Of a DNA stretch of 64,000 bases, positions 22,645 through 33,083 are shown one piece after another. This stretch comes from an uncultured Phycisphaerales bacterium (GTDB lineage: Bacteria; Planctomycetota; Phycisphaerae; Tepidisphaerales; Tepidisphaeraceae). The notes under the pieces were generated by a model. That model had not been told where the DNA came from, searched no databases, and was given only the letters and a program-made list of their open reading frames with translations. The DNA lies in the NCBI GenBank assembly GCA_963755915.1, contig CAVWLP010000002.1, positions 3,936,001-4,000,000 on the forward strand. Direction: 5' to 3'. Position 1 is the stretch's first letter; each line of letters begins with the position of its first letter. The position numbers were made by a program, and so were the translations under genes.

Positions 22645-24105
22645 GTGGTGATACTACTGAAAGCAGGTTTGGAATTGGCCGGTGATTGTTCAATTCGAGT
22701 GGGCGGCATCGGGTTTTCACGCGAGGAGATCGAGGCCTGCGCGGCCCGGCGGGGATTGCTTTCGATTGAGCTGGATTTGTCTGGGGAGAGGTGTGAGTGC
22801 GCGGCGTGCCTTGCCAATCCGGCGGCGGACCGGAGTCCGCTGACGGTGATTGAGATCGCGGATTTGCTGCAACAGGCGCAGAAGGAGGGGGCGCGCAGGG
22901 TGATTTTTTGCGATGCGGGGGAGACTTCGCATCCGGCGCTGCAGCAGATGATCGATTCGGCCCGGCACATGGGAATGGAAGTGGAATTGTTTGCGTATTC
23001 GACGCCGATGAATTCCTCGATGGCGGCGTTTTTGCTGGAGCGGAATGTTTCGGTGGTGCTGCGGAGCGAAAATACTGAAGCCGTGGAAGCACTGAGGGGG
23101 GTTGGATATGGGCAGGAGGGTGGGCCGAGGCTGGCGGCAGCGATTTGGGTCTCGGAGGGGAATATTGGGGAAGTGACGAAGGTATGGCGGTGGGCTCGGG
23201 AGCGAGGGATTGAGCCGTATGTGCAGATTATCAAGCCGAAGAGCAACGGGGCGGGGAGCGTCGTTTCGCCGGATCGGGCGAAGGCGCTTTTCGAAGAGCT
23301 GGGGCGGATTGATCTGGAGGAGTTTGGGAAGACGTGGGAGAAGCCGGCGGCGCTGGTTGGCCGATCGTGCAAGCGGCATCAGTTTGCGTGTCACGTGACG
23401 GCATGCGGGACGATTTTCGCCTGCGTGGGGGTGACGATTCCGCTGGGGAATGTGCGAGGCGAATCGCTCCATGAGATTCTGGAATTGAGCGAGGTGCTCG
23501 AGAATTTGCGGGCGTATCCGGAGAAGATCAAGGAGCCTTGCCGGACGTGCTCGAAATCGACGGATTGCTACGGGTGCCGGGGGGCGGCGTATCAACTGAC
23601 TGGGGATTACCTGGCCGCGGACCAGATGTGCTGGAAGATCAACGGCCAGGCCGTGGAGCGGCTGCCGATCGCGGCGGCGGGGCTGGTGCCGCATGGGAAG
23701 TCGATGCGGATGGTGGATGAGCTGATCGACGTGGGGGAAAGGACGGCCAAGACGATTTTCACCGTGCGCGAGGATTGCGTGCTGGTGGATGCGAGCGGGA
23801 GGCTCGATGAGCTGGCCTTTGTGGAGATGATCGCGCAGTCGTTCGCGCTGTGTCATGGGTATCACCTGAGCGAGGACGAGCGATTGCGGCACAGGGGGCT
23901 GCTGTTGGGAGTGAAAGAACTGAACGTGGCGTCGGAAGCGCGCGTGGGAGATCGGCTGACGATCCATTTGAGAAAGGTCACGCGATTTGGGGCTTTCGGC
24001 GTAGTCGAGGGGGACGTTTTCCGCGATGATGGAACGCTCGTGGCAAGCGGACAGGTGAAAATCTGGCGGCCGGGCGACGAGATCGCCGCGGAAATGGGAC
24101 TATGA
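22645..24105 (+). CDS. Radical-SAM-like/SPASM protein fused to a hot-dog (ApeP-like) dehydratase
   Basis: SPASM cysteines (CKRH..ACHV..CG.I.AC; CRTC.....CYGCR; DQMCW). C-terminal LVPH...MRMVD..EMIAQ..GLLLG. The N-terminal cluster motif is atypical (CECAAC). Confidence 0.8.
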   Translation: MVILLKAGLELAGDCSIRVGGIGFSREEIEACAARRGLLSIELDLSGERCECAACLANPAADRSPLTVIEIADLLQQAQKEGARRVIFCDAGETSHPALQQMIDSARHMGMEVELFAYSTPMNSSMAAFLLERNVSVVLRSENTEAVEALRGVGYGQEGGPRLAAAIWVSEGNIGEVTKVWRWARERGIEPYVQIIKPKSNGAGSVVSPDRAKALFEELGRIDLEEFGKTWEKPAALVGRSCKRHQFACHVTACGTIFACVGVTIPLGNVRGESLHEILELSEVLENLRAYPEKIKEPCRTCSKSTDCYGCRGAAYQLTGDYLAADQMCWKINGQAVERLPIAAAGLVPHGKSMRMVDELIDVGERTAKTIFTVREDCVLVDASGRLDELAFVEMIAQSFALCHGYHLSEDERLRHRGLLLGVKELNVASEARVGDRLTIHLRKVTRFGAFGVVEGDVFRDDGTLVASGQVKIWRPGDEIAAEMGL

Positions 24106-24839
24106 AATCCAGAATATCTCACGCAGAGGCGCAAAGGCGCAGAGAGAAGATTGGACTTTGCATCTCCTCTGCGCCTCTGCGCCTCTGCGTGAGATTTTGT
24201 TTCTTCGCGCTGCTGATTGGGTATTGCAGGGGAGCTTTCGCGCAAACAACCCAGCCAGCGACGCGGGCTTCGATGGAGATTATTCAGGGGGTGCAGCAGC
24301 ACCTGAAGGGGATTGCATCCGTTGAGGCGGATTTCAATGAAGAAAAAAAGCTGGCGATGCTCGATCATACGCTGAACATCGACGGGCATATGGCGCTTGA
24401 GAAGCCGGATCGGCTGATCTGGATTGTGCGCGATCCGGTGAAGTATGCGGTGCGGATTGCCGGGGATGAGGTTTCGCAGTGGGATGAGGATACAAACCAG
24501 GTGCAGACGGTGCATCTGGGGGGCGATCCAACGTTTAAGGCGATTACGCAGCAGATGCAGGCGTGGTTTCTGGGGGATTACAAGGCGCTGGGGGACAGTT
24601 ATGACGTTTATGTGAATTCCAATCAGCCGCTTTCGCTGGGGTTTGTGCCCAATGGCAGCATGATGGTTTCGAAGCTGATCAAGCGGATCGATCTGACGTT
24701 CGGCGCGGATGAAAGCTACATCGATACGATGGTGATTTCCGAGGCCAGCGGGGATGTGACGACGTTGAAGTTTTCGGGGACGCGGGTGAATCAGCCGGTC
24801 TCGGGGGACATCTGGGAGATGCCGCCGCATGCGCCATGA
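24102..24839 (+). CDS. LolA-like outer-membrane lipoprotein/lipid carrier
   Basis: ADFNEEKKL.ML...L...G....KPDRLIW...P fold signature; signal peptide ending AFAQ. Confidence 0.8.
   Translation: MKSRISHAEAQRRREKIGLCISSAPLRLCVRFCFFALLIGYCRGAFAQTTQPATRASMEIIQGVQQHLKGIASVEADFNEEKKLAMLDHTLNIDGHMALEKPDRLIWIVRDPVKYAVRIAGDEVSQWDEDTNQVQTVHLGGDPTFKAITQQMQAWFLGDYKALGDSYDVYVNSNQPLSLGFVPNGSMMVSKLIKRIDLTFGADESYIDTMVISEASGDVTTLKFSGTRVNQPVSGDIWEMPPHAP
24116..24195. repeat. REP-like palindrome with 29-bp arms inside the 5' end of the LolA-like ORF
   Basis: ATCTCACGCAGAGGCGCAAAGGCGCAGAG ... CTCTGCGCCTCTGCGCCTCTGCGTGAGAT (1 mismatch). Confidence 0.9.
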
Positions 24840-27278
24840 TGAAAGCGACGCGCGCCAAAAGCGATGGATGATCGTGGGCATCGTGATCGCGGTGCTGGTT
24901 TCGATTGCGGGGTGGTTTCGGCTGAGGCTCGACAATTCGCTGGAGCCGTTGCTCCCCGAGCATAGCCCGGCCCGGCAGACGATTTTATTTTTACGCGATT
25001 CAAGTTTTGCCACCAAGGCGGTTTTGTGGTTTCGACTGACCGGGGATGGGGATCCTTCGGATCTATACCGGGCGGCGGATGAGGTTGAGAAGAAGCTGGA
25101 TCCGAACCTGATCAAGGGCGTCGTGCATCCACCGCCGGCGGCGGGGGCGATGGAGGAAGCGCTGGCGATGCTGGGGAATGCGGGGGAATTGCTGACCACC
25201 GACGACCTGGCGGACATGCAGGCGCAGATGGAGCCGGCGGCGCTGAAGAAGCGGATGCGAGAGTGTTATCTGCAATTGGTCAAGCCGGAGAGTTCGTTTT
25301 ACACGCAGATCCTGCCGCGCGATCCGCTGGGGATCAGCGAGCGGGTTTTGCCGCGGATGCTGGCACTGGTGCAGGGGCTGGGGTACCGCGTGCAGGTGAA
25401 GGACGGGCGGCTGCTTCACGAAGACGGCCGGCAATTGATGATGGTCCTGGAGACCAAAGCATCGGCGACCAGCCTGGAGAGTTCCAAGGCCCTCGCCGAC
25501 CATCTGGAAAAGATCGCCGGCGAGGCCCCGCCGGGCGTGCAGATTATTCCCATCTGCGGGCAGATTCACACCGAGCAGAACGACCAGTTGATGGAGCACG
25601 ATTTTCATATCGCCGGCGCGATCAACACGGCGGCGTTTATCCTCCTCTTTTTCCTGGTGTCGCGAGATTTCCGCGTCGCGGCGGTTTTTCTTCTGCCGCT
25701 GATCACGACCGGGATCACCATCGGCTGGTGCGCGCTGGTCTACCCGCATCTGTCGACGATGATGATCGCGCTGGCGGTGACGATGGCGGGTAGCGCAGTG
25801 GATTATGGGATTTATGTTTATACGGCGGTGACGCTGGGTCGCGATCCGAAAGCGGACGTGCGGCGGATTTTCAGGCCGCTGATCATCAGCCACCTGACCA
25901 CGCTGGGAGTTTTCGTCGCATTTTTCTTTTCCCGCATACCCGCGTTTCGGCAACTGGGTTGTCTGACGAGCATTTCGCTGGTGATGTCGCTTCTGGCGGC
26001 GATTTTTATTTTGCCCAGGATGATCCGGCCCGGAGGGAAGGTGATGCTGCTGGGGAGGGGAATGCCGCTGACGCAATGGGGGAAATATATGCTCACGCCG
26101 ACGGTTATCGGGGCGCTGATCCTGGTGGCGGTGGTGGTGATCGCCGTGCGGATTCGGATTGATCCCGACGTGACGCGGCTGGATGGCGTCAGCCAGCAGG
26201 TCAAGCGGAATGAAAGCGATTTTCAGAAGATGTGGGGCCGCAACGATAAGGAGCTGGCGATTTTGGCGGTCAGTGGCCCCACGCGCGAGGCGGCGGAGGA
26301 GGCGAATGACCAGATTTATGCATCCGTTGCGCCGCAGTTTGGGGAGGGGAAATTCGTTTCGCTGAGCGGGTTCTGGCCGTCGGAGAAGACGCGGCGCAGA
26401 ATCTGGCGCGATGGGAGGCGTTCTGGTCGCCGCAACGGGTGGCGAAATTCAGGGCCGATCTGGAGGCGGCGGGGAAGTCGTATGGATTTTCGGCGCAAGC
26501 TTTTCAGCCGTTTTTTGAGAGCTTGGCGCATCCCCCTTCCGTCGCGGAATCAGGGGCGATTGTGGAGACGATCGGGGATCAATTCATTGCCCGATCCGGG
26601 GATCAGTATCAGATTCTGAATTATTTCGAGGATTCGCCTGACAATGTGACCAAGGCGCGGGGGCTGATCGCCGGCCGGGATGATGCGGAGGTGGTCTCGC
26701 GGGTGGCGCTGGGTCAGGCGTTTGCGGAGTCGGCGGTGTCGGAGACGAAAATCCTGGTGACGGTGAGCGTGATTTTTATCGCGGGGTCGCTGCTGATTTT
26801 GACGCGCAGCGTGAGGAAATCGGCGATCATCATGTTTCCCGCGGGAGTCGGCGTGGCCGTGATGCTGGCGACGCTGGTGGTGACCTCGCTGTCTATGACC
26901 GTGGTAAGCGTGGTCGCGGCGATTCTGGTGCTCGCACTGGGGAGCGATTATGGAACATTTTCGGAATTCGCGTGGGACAATCGTGAGCCGGTGCTGGGGC
27001 AGGGGATGGCGTCGATTCTGTTGTCCTTCCTGACGACGCTGGCGGGGGCTGGGGCGATGCTCCTGGCTCGGCATCCGGGACTTTTTCTGGCCGGGGTCAG
27101 TTTGACTTCGGGGCTGGTCGCGGGATTTTTGACCGCTTTCATTATGATTCCGGGGATTAACTTTCTTCGCGAAAAATGGAAGAGCCAGGGTGTAAGCGCA
27201 CTGCGGCCCCCTCCCCAACCCTCCCCCGGGGTACCGGGGGCGGGGGAAGTTGCACCGAAATCCGGGCAGCCGATATGA
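24829..27278 (+). CDS. MMPL/RND-family exporter; frameshift near 26400
   Basis: Two TM bundles, RDPLG, GSAVDYGI and GSDYG. Confidence 0.85.
27208..27248. repeat. REP-like CCCTCCCC-AACCCTCCCCC...GGGGG palindrome
   Basis: Same family as 53112-53151 and 61978-62051. Confidence 0.7.
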
Positions 27279-27939
27279 GATTCCGGTGGGCGATTCTATT
27301 TTTGATGGCGGGGTGCGCCAGGAGCCTTTTGTACGCGCGCCTTTGCCGGAATTGAACGCGCCTGATCCGCAGTCGATGCGGGCGACGTTTGCACAGACTT
27401 TGCCAAAGCATTTTATTTCCGACGACACGGTGATTATCAATGCGCCCTTTAACCATGACTTCGCATTTCTCGGCGTGCTGGAGGTGAACCGGCCGACCGG
27501 TGAATTTGAATTTGTCGCCCTGAACCAGGTGGGGCTGAAGCTCTTTCAACTGGGGGGGAATTCGCGCGGGGTGCAGGTGCAATACGCGCTGGGGCCGCTC
27601 AAGGACCACCAGGATATTCTGACGGCGATCGGAGAAGATTTTCGGCGGATGTATTTTGACCTGGTGCCCGGCGAAGCGAGCGACATCGACGTCGGGAGCA
27701 GGACGGTGAAATTTAGCGAGAAAACGAGCGGAGGAAGCGTCGAATATCAGTTCGGCGGCGACCCGGCCGTCCTGCTGGAAAAAGGGCAGGGGGGATTTTT
27801 GTTTGGTTGGGAGTGGCGGGTTCAGTATTTTCAGTACAGTTTGCAGAATGGAACTCTTTACCCGCGCGGGATTGTCATGGACAATAGCGATTATCACTAC
27901 CGGATCATCGTGAAGAATCGGGATCGGGAGCTTCGATAA
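27275..27939 (+). CDS. Lipoprotein (DUF3261-like, APE-cluster associated); frameshift near 27320
   Basis: ATG overlaps the MMPL stop and reads MRFRWAILFLMAGC (lipobox), then joins ORF 27250..27939 (VALNQVGLKLF). Confidence 0.65.
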
Positions 27940-28319
27940 TGAGCCGCTTGCGCACGGAAATTGGCCGAATGGTGCAGATGGAAAATCGGCCGGGGGGATT
28001 TGGCGCGGTCGTGGAGGTGGATCCGCAGCTTTCGGTTTTTCCGGATCATTTTCGGGACGGGCCGATTTTGCCGGGGATTTGCCTGGTGCAGGCGGTTCTT
28101 GTGGCCGGTGCGGCGCGGCAGGGAGTGGAGGAGATGCGGATCAAAACTCTCAAGACGCTGAAGCTCACCCAGCCGGTGCGGCCCGGGCAGCGGGTGCAGA
28201 TTGATGCGGAGATGATGCCGGGAACAAACGGCGATTTTGTGATCCGAGCGAAGCTGTCGGTCCAGGAGCGCAGGTGCGCGGAGATTTCGCTGGTGGCGGC
28301 GGGGGAGAACGGGAAATGA
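27939..28319 (+). CDS. FabZ/ApeI-like 3-hydroxyacyl-ACP dehydratase
   Basis: VFPDHF..GPILPG and LK..QPVRPG. Confidence 0.85.
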   Translation: MSRLRTEIGRMVQMENRPGGFGAVVEVDPQLSVFPDHFRDGPILPGICLVQAVLVAGAARQGVEEMRIKTLKTLKLTQPVRPGQRVQIDAEMMPGTNGDFVIRAKLSVQERRCAEISLVAAGENGK

Positions 28320-28802
28320 TCCAGTCTCCCCGCCGCAAGCGAGGCGATTATTTTCCGGCGAATCCTGAGTCGCCGCGGGCGCTGATTGTTCGCGTGAAGC
28401 ACCGCGTGCGGTTCAGCGAAGTCGATGCGATGGCGGTGATGTGGCACGGGCGATATGCGCAGCTTTTCGAGCAGGCTAACGAGGAGGTGTGCCGCGCGGT
28501 GGGACTGGGATATGCGGATTTTTATCGGGAGAAGCTTCAGGCGCCGATCGTGCAGTTTCATGTCGATTATTTCGCGCCCACCGTGCTGGGCGAAATCGTG
28601 ACGATCGAGGGGAAACTGCTGTGGAGCGACGGGGCTCGGATTAACATGGAATATGAGGTTTTAAAAGAGAAGGTGGTGGCTGCGCGGGTACACTGTGCAG
28701 ATGTTCGTCGATCGGGAGGGTGTGCCGCTGCTGGCGAGTCCGGCGCTGCTGGAGACGTGCCGGCGGCGCTGGGCGGCGGGTGAATTTGCGGAATTGAAAT
28801 GA
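28316..28802 (+). CDS. 4HBT-like acyl-CoA/ACP thioesterase; frameshift near 28685
   Basis: RVRFSEVD.M.V.WHGRY...FE; the restored end overlaps the next ATG (ATGA). Confidence 0.85.
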
Positions 28803-29914
28803 CGCGCGCAGTAATCGGGCAAAGCGATGTGGTGACAGCTTATGGCTGGGGGCTGGATAGCCTCTGGAACGGCGTGATGAGCGGGAGAACCGCGATTACC
28901 CGCACGGCGCGGTTTGCCGAGCGGGGGTTTGTCAGCGATCAGGCGGGGGTGATTCCTGATCTGGCGGATGTGGCGGGGGAGTCGCGCGTCTGGACGATTT
29001 TGCGGAAGTTGCTGGGGCCGATTGCGGGGAAGATCGACGCCGAGACGCCGCTGATTTTTGCCAGCACAGTGGGGGAGATTGAGTTTGTAGAGCGGGCGAT
29101 ACTGGAAAATAAATCAGAGCTGTCCCGGTTTTCTTTGCCCGCCGTTTTGGCGCGGAAGGTCAAGGAGCTTTTGGGGTTGCGCGGGGATGCGATGGCGATG
29201 TCGTCGGCATGTGCTTCGTCGTCGGCGGCAGTGACGCGGGCGGCATCGATCGTGCGAAATGGTAAGGCACGGCAGGTCCTGGTCGTTACCGCGGATGCGG
29301 TTTCGGAGTTTGTTTATTCGGGGTTTTCTTCGCTACTGTCTCTTTCGGCGGGGCCGGCGCGGCCGTTTGATCGGGATCGCTGCGGGCTGACATTGGGGGA
29401 GGCGGCCGGGTATGCCTTGGTGAGTGCGGAGGCGGAGGGGACGGAGATTTTGGGATGGGGGAATACGACGGATGCGATTCACATGACAGCGCCGGATCGC
29501 AATGCGCGGGGGCTGATCCGCGCGATTCAAAAGGCGGTGGGAATGGCGGGAAAATCAGCCGTGGATGTGGGGGTGATCGCCGCGCACGGCACGGCGACGG
29601 TTTACAGTGATGCGATGGAGATGACCGGTTTTCGCGCCAGTGTGCCAGAGCCGCGACCGGTGTTTTCCATCAAGGGTGCCATTGGACATACGCTGGCGGC
29701 AGCGGGATTGACGCAGATTCTGGTGGCGAAGAGAGCGCTGGAACAAGGGATTGCCCCGCCCACCGTCGGTTGTGAATCGGCGGATGACGCGGCGATGGGC
29801 TGGGCGAGTTCGAAGGCCATGCCCCTGGCAAACGCAGGCGTTGCGCTCTCGACGAATTCCGGGTTCGGCGGCGTGAATACGGCGATTCTGCTGGCGAAAG
29901 GGGGGCGGCAATGA
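28799..29914 (+). CDS. Beta-ketoacyl synthase (active)
   Basis: SSACASS, AAHGTAT, KGAIGHT and NSGFGG. Confidence 0.9.
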   Translation: MTRAVIGQSDVVTAYGWGLDSLWNGVMSGRTAITRTARFAERGFVSDQAGVIPDLADVAGESRVWTILRKLLGPIAGKIDAETPLIFASTVGEIEFVERAILENKSELSRFSLPAVLARKVKELLGLRGDAMAMSSACASSSAAVTRAASIVRNGKARQVLVVTADAVSEFVYSGFSSLLSLSAGPARPFDRDRCGLTLGEAAGYALVSAEAEGTEILGWGNTTDAIHMTAPDRNARGLIRAIQKAVGMAGKSAVDVGVIAAHGTATVYSDAMEMTGFRASVPEPRPVFSIKGAIGHTLAAAGLTQILVAKRALEQGIAPPTVGCESADDAAMGWASSKAMPLANAGVALSTNSGFGGVNTAILLAKGGRQ

Positions 29915-30489
29915 TTCGGGCAGCGGGATGGTTTAATCTCGAAACTTACGGGGCCGTGGGCCCCTCAGGAAAATCGTGGCGGAAAACGTCGCCGGATTTG
30001 GAGCAGTCGAGCGACATCCTGGCGTTGGTGGAAAGGCCGGTGAAATATCTTTCGCGGATGACCGTCGAGACGCGCTGCTGTTTGTGCGCGGCGGCCCTGG
30101 CAATGAAGGCGGCGGATTGGAATGGCGGCGAAATCGGGTTGATCTCCTCTGGCGCCGAAGGCGTCGTGAACGCAAACGAGGAATATTTTCGCGATTATGT
30201 GGCGACGGGAAGGACGCTGGGACGGGGGAACCTTTTCATTTACACGCTGGCGACGAGCGCGCTTGGCGAAGTGGCGATTGCGCTGTCGCTCACGGGGCCC
30301 GCGATGTTTGTTCAGCATGACGTTGATCCGCTGGCGGCTTCAGTCGCAGATGCGGAGCAGATCGTCGCCGATGGCGAGGCGAAGGGAATGCTGGCGATCT
30401 GGAGCGACGCGAATTCGGCGATTTGCTACGCTGTTGCCGCGGGTGCGGGCGGGATTGAGTTGGGCGACATTCAAGCGGCGATTCGATGA
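29911..30489 (+). CDS. KS N-terminal-like chain-length-factor protein
   Basis: RM....R...A, LFIYTL..S..GE.AI...L.GP; no catalytic Cys/His set; directly follows a KS. Confidence 0.7.
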   Translation: MIRAAGWFNLETYGAVGPSGKSWRKTSPDLEQSSDILALVERPVKYLSRMTVETRCCLCAAALAMKAADWNGGEIGLISSGAEGVVNANEEYFRDYVATGRTLGRGNLFIYTLATSALGEVAIALSLTGPAMFVQHDVDPLAASVADAEQIVADGEAKGMLAIWSDANSAICYAVAAGAGGIELGDIQAAIR

Positions 30490-31568
30490 CACGCGTCTGC
30501 TGCGCCATCCCGGTTTTTAACAACGCCCGTACCATCGCGGATGTCGTGCAGCGATGTTTACAGCAGATAAGCGACGTCATTGTGGTGGATGACGGCAGCA
30601 CGGATGCGGATTTGATGGAATTGCTCAAGCCCCTGGGAGCGAGCGTTGTGCGGCATCCGCATAACCTGGGCAAGGGGGAGGCGATCAAGACAGCGCTGCG
30701 CGAGGCGGATCGGCGCGGATTTGAAAACGTGATTACGCTGGATGGGGATGGTCAGCATTTTCCCGAAGACATTCCCCAGTTTCTTTCGCGGCTCGGGCCG
30801 GAGACGATCTTCATCGGGCATCGGGAGGAGGTTGTCGGCACGATGCCACCGGCGAGCCTGTTTGGGCGGGACTTTTCAGATTTCTGGGTCTGCGTCGAAA
30901 CGGGCTGGAAAGTGAGCGATACGCAGAGCGGGTTTCGGGCCTATCCCGTGAAGAGCGTTCTGGGATTGCCGGTGAGTTCCAGGCATTACAATTTTGAGGT
31001 GGAGGTGGTCACGCGGGCGATCTGGGCGGGGATGAAAATCGAATCGGTGCCGATCCGGGTCGAATATCAGCAAGGGGCCGAGCGGGTTTCCAGCTTTGAT
31101 CCGCTGCGCGATAATGCCCGGTTATCGTGGATGCACGCCCGGCTGGTTTTGCGGCAGGTCTTGCCGATTCCGCATCGGAGAAATGTCGGCGTGGAGAGAA
31201 AATGGAACCTCGCGGGCTCTTTGACGCAGAATTCAACGCCGCTGGGGCTGGCCTTTACCGCGGCGATCAGTGCGCTGCTGGGGATTCTGCTGTGGCCCTG
31301 GGGAATCGTGGCGGTAGCCTATTTTGCGGTTCGATTGCATCTGAACAAAATCGCCGCGCTGATTACCCTGGCACTTTGTATGCCGGAGGGATTGGCCCGG
31401 CTGTGCGCGAGGATCGGGAGGCCGATGGTACAGATTGATTCGAGCTTTGCGTGGGCGCGGTTTGTAGGGGCACACGTCGTGGCACTGGTAGCCGTGCCGG
31501 CGGCGGCGATCCTGGTGTATGCCGTCGCCAGGACTTTTCAGAGGAGCGTCGCCCGTGAACATCGTTGA
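30486..31568 (+). CDS. Glycosyltransferase family 2 with C-terminal membrane (DUF2062-like) domain
   Basis: IPVFNN, VVDDGSTD, TLDGDGQH and DTQSGFRAYP. Confidence 0.9.
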   Translation: MTRVCCAIPVFNNARTIADVVQRCLQQISDVIVVDDGSTDADLMELLKPLGASVVRHPHNLGKGEAIKTALREADRRGFENVITLDGDGQHFPEDIPQFLSRLGPETIFIGHREEVVGTMPPASLFGRDFSDFWVCVETGWKVSDTQSGFRAYPVKSVLGLPVSSRHYNFEVEVVTRAIWAGMKIESVPIRVEYQQGAERVSSFDPLRDNARLSWMHARLVLRQVLPIPHRRNVGVERKWNLAGSLTQNSTPLGLAFTAAISALLGILLWPWGIVAVAYFAVRLHLNKIAALITLALCMPEGLARLCARIGRPMVQIDSSFAWARFVGAHVVALVAVPAAAILVYAVARTFQRSVAREHR

Positions 31569-33012
31569 GAGAATCCGACTGGAGACGCGCGAATTGGGCC
31601 ATCGCATTGCGATTGTCGAAGGAGAGCGCACGATCACCTATCGCGATCTGCTGGATGCGATCGGGAAGTTGAGCGGGAAACTGAAGGAGCTGGGAATCGC
31701 GGCAGGCCAGCGGATTGCGTTTCGGTGTGCGGACGGGATTGATTACGTCATCGGGGCATTGGCCCTGCTCGAGACGGGGGCGGCGGTCGTGCCGCTAGCG
31801 GATTCGCTGACGGAGGATGAGATCATTGAAACGATTGAGCGGATCGATGTCGCAGGCGTGCTCACGCATGTGAGTCTTCAGCCGACGAAGGGAGAAGAGG
31901 GGTCGAAGGGCATTGATGAAATGTTTCGGTGGGTATCGAGGGCTTCGGGCGAAGAGTTGAACGCACGCTGCCGCGAGATTGGGGCGGCATTTATCCGGTT
32001 CTCATCCGGGACAACGGGGGAGAGCAAGGGCGTCATCATCTCGCACCGCTCTATCGCGGAGCGGACGGATGCGGCCAACAAGGGGCTGGGGATTTCGGAT
32101 CAGGACATTATTCTCTGGGTCCTGGGGATGTCGCATCATTTTGTCGTTTCGATCCTCCTGTTTTTGCGCAAAGGGGCGGAGATCATTGTCGCCAACCGCG
32201 GATTTCCCTTCTCGGTGCTGGAGGCGGTGGAGAAGGGGACGATCACGTTTATTTACGGGTCGCCCGTGCATTACTATCTGCTGGCCGTTTCGGATGCAGT
32301 GTCGCCGACTTCAATGAAGAATGTTCGCCTCGCGATCAGCACGGCCATGAAGATGCCGGGGGATATTTTTGAGCAGTTTCAGCGGAAATTCTCGATCGCT
32401 CCCGCGGAGGCGTATGGGATCATTGAGATCGGCCTGCCCTTCATCAATACCGAAGCGGGTGGGGCCGGAAAGCAGACGGTGGGGCGGATGTTACCGGATT
32501 ATCAGCTTCGGATTGCCGATCCGGATGAGTCGGGCGTGGGGGAAGTGCTGATTCGCGGGCGAGGGATGTTCGATGCCTATTTTTCGCCCTGGCGGCTGCG
32601 CGATGAAGTTCTGCGCGACGGGTGGTTTGATACGGGTGATCTTGGGCGCACGGATGACCAGGGCCGGCTCTCCCTGCTCGGCCGAAGCAAGACGGTGATT
32701 GTCTGCGCCGGGATGAAGGTCTTTCCCGAGGAAGTGGAGGAAGTGATCAACACCATGCCGGGGGTAAAGGAATCGCGCGTCTTCGGCCAGCCCCATCCGC
32801 AATATGGCCAGATGCCGGTGGCGGAAGTGGTGGCGAGTGACGCGGAAGTGATCGACAAACTGCGGCCTTATTGTTTTGAGCATCTTTCGAGCTATAAGGT
32901 GCCGGTGGAGTTTCGGCTGGTGGCGTCGATTCCGAAGACAGTGAGTGGGAAGGTGGCGCGGAAACCCGAAACCAGAAACCAGAAACCAGAAATCCGAATC
33001 AAGCCCGAATGA
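31555..33012 (+). CDS. Class I adenylate-forming enzyme (acyl-CoA/ACP ligase)
   Basis: FSSGTTGESKG, EAYGIIE, WFDTGDLG and IPKT.SGK. Confidence 0.9.
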   Translation: MNIVERIRLETRELGHRIAIVEGERTITYRDLLDAIGKLSGKLKELGIAAGQRIAFRCADGIDYVIGALALLETGAAVVPLADSLTEDEIIETIERIDVAGVLTHVSLQPTKGEEGSKGIDEMFRWVSRASGEELNARCREIGAAFIRFSSGTTGESKGVIISHRSIAERTDAANKGLGISDQDIILWVLGMSHHFVVSILLFLRKGAEIIVANRGFPFSVLEAVEKGTITFIYGSPVHYYLLAVSDAVSPTSMKNVRLAISTAMKMPGDIFEQFQRKFSIAPAEAYGIIEIGLPFINTEAGGAGKQTVGRMLPDYQLRIADPDESGVGEVLIRGRGMFDAYFSPWRLRDEVLRDGWFDTGDLGRTDDQGRLSLLGRSKTVIVCAGMKVFPEEVEEVINTMPGVKESRVFGQPHPQYGQMPVAEVVASDAEVIDKLRPYCFEHLSSYKVPVEFRLVASIPKTVSGKVARKPETRNQKPEIRIKPE

Positions 33013-33060
33013 TCGAATGACGAATGAGTGATGGCCGTTCGTCATTCGGGCATTCGGATT
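32960..33060. repeat. Heptamer-based imperfect inverted repeat (GAAACCA / CGAATGA units); right arm continues after the IS481 at 34459-34486
   Basis: GAAACCAGAAACCAGAAACCAGAAATCCGAAT versus CATTCGGATTTGATT...CTGGTTTCTGGTTTC. Confidence 0.7.
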
Positions 33061-33083
33061 TGATTCCCTTCGGCTCTGAGGCT

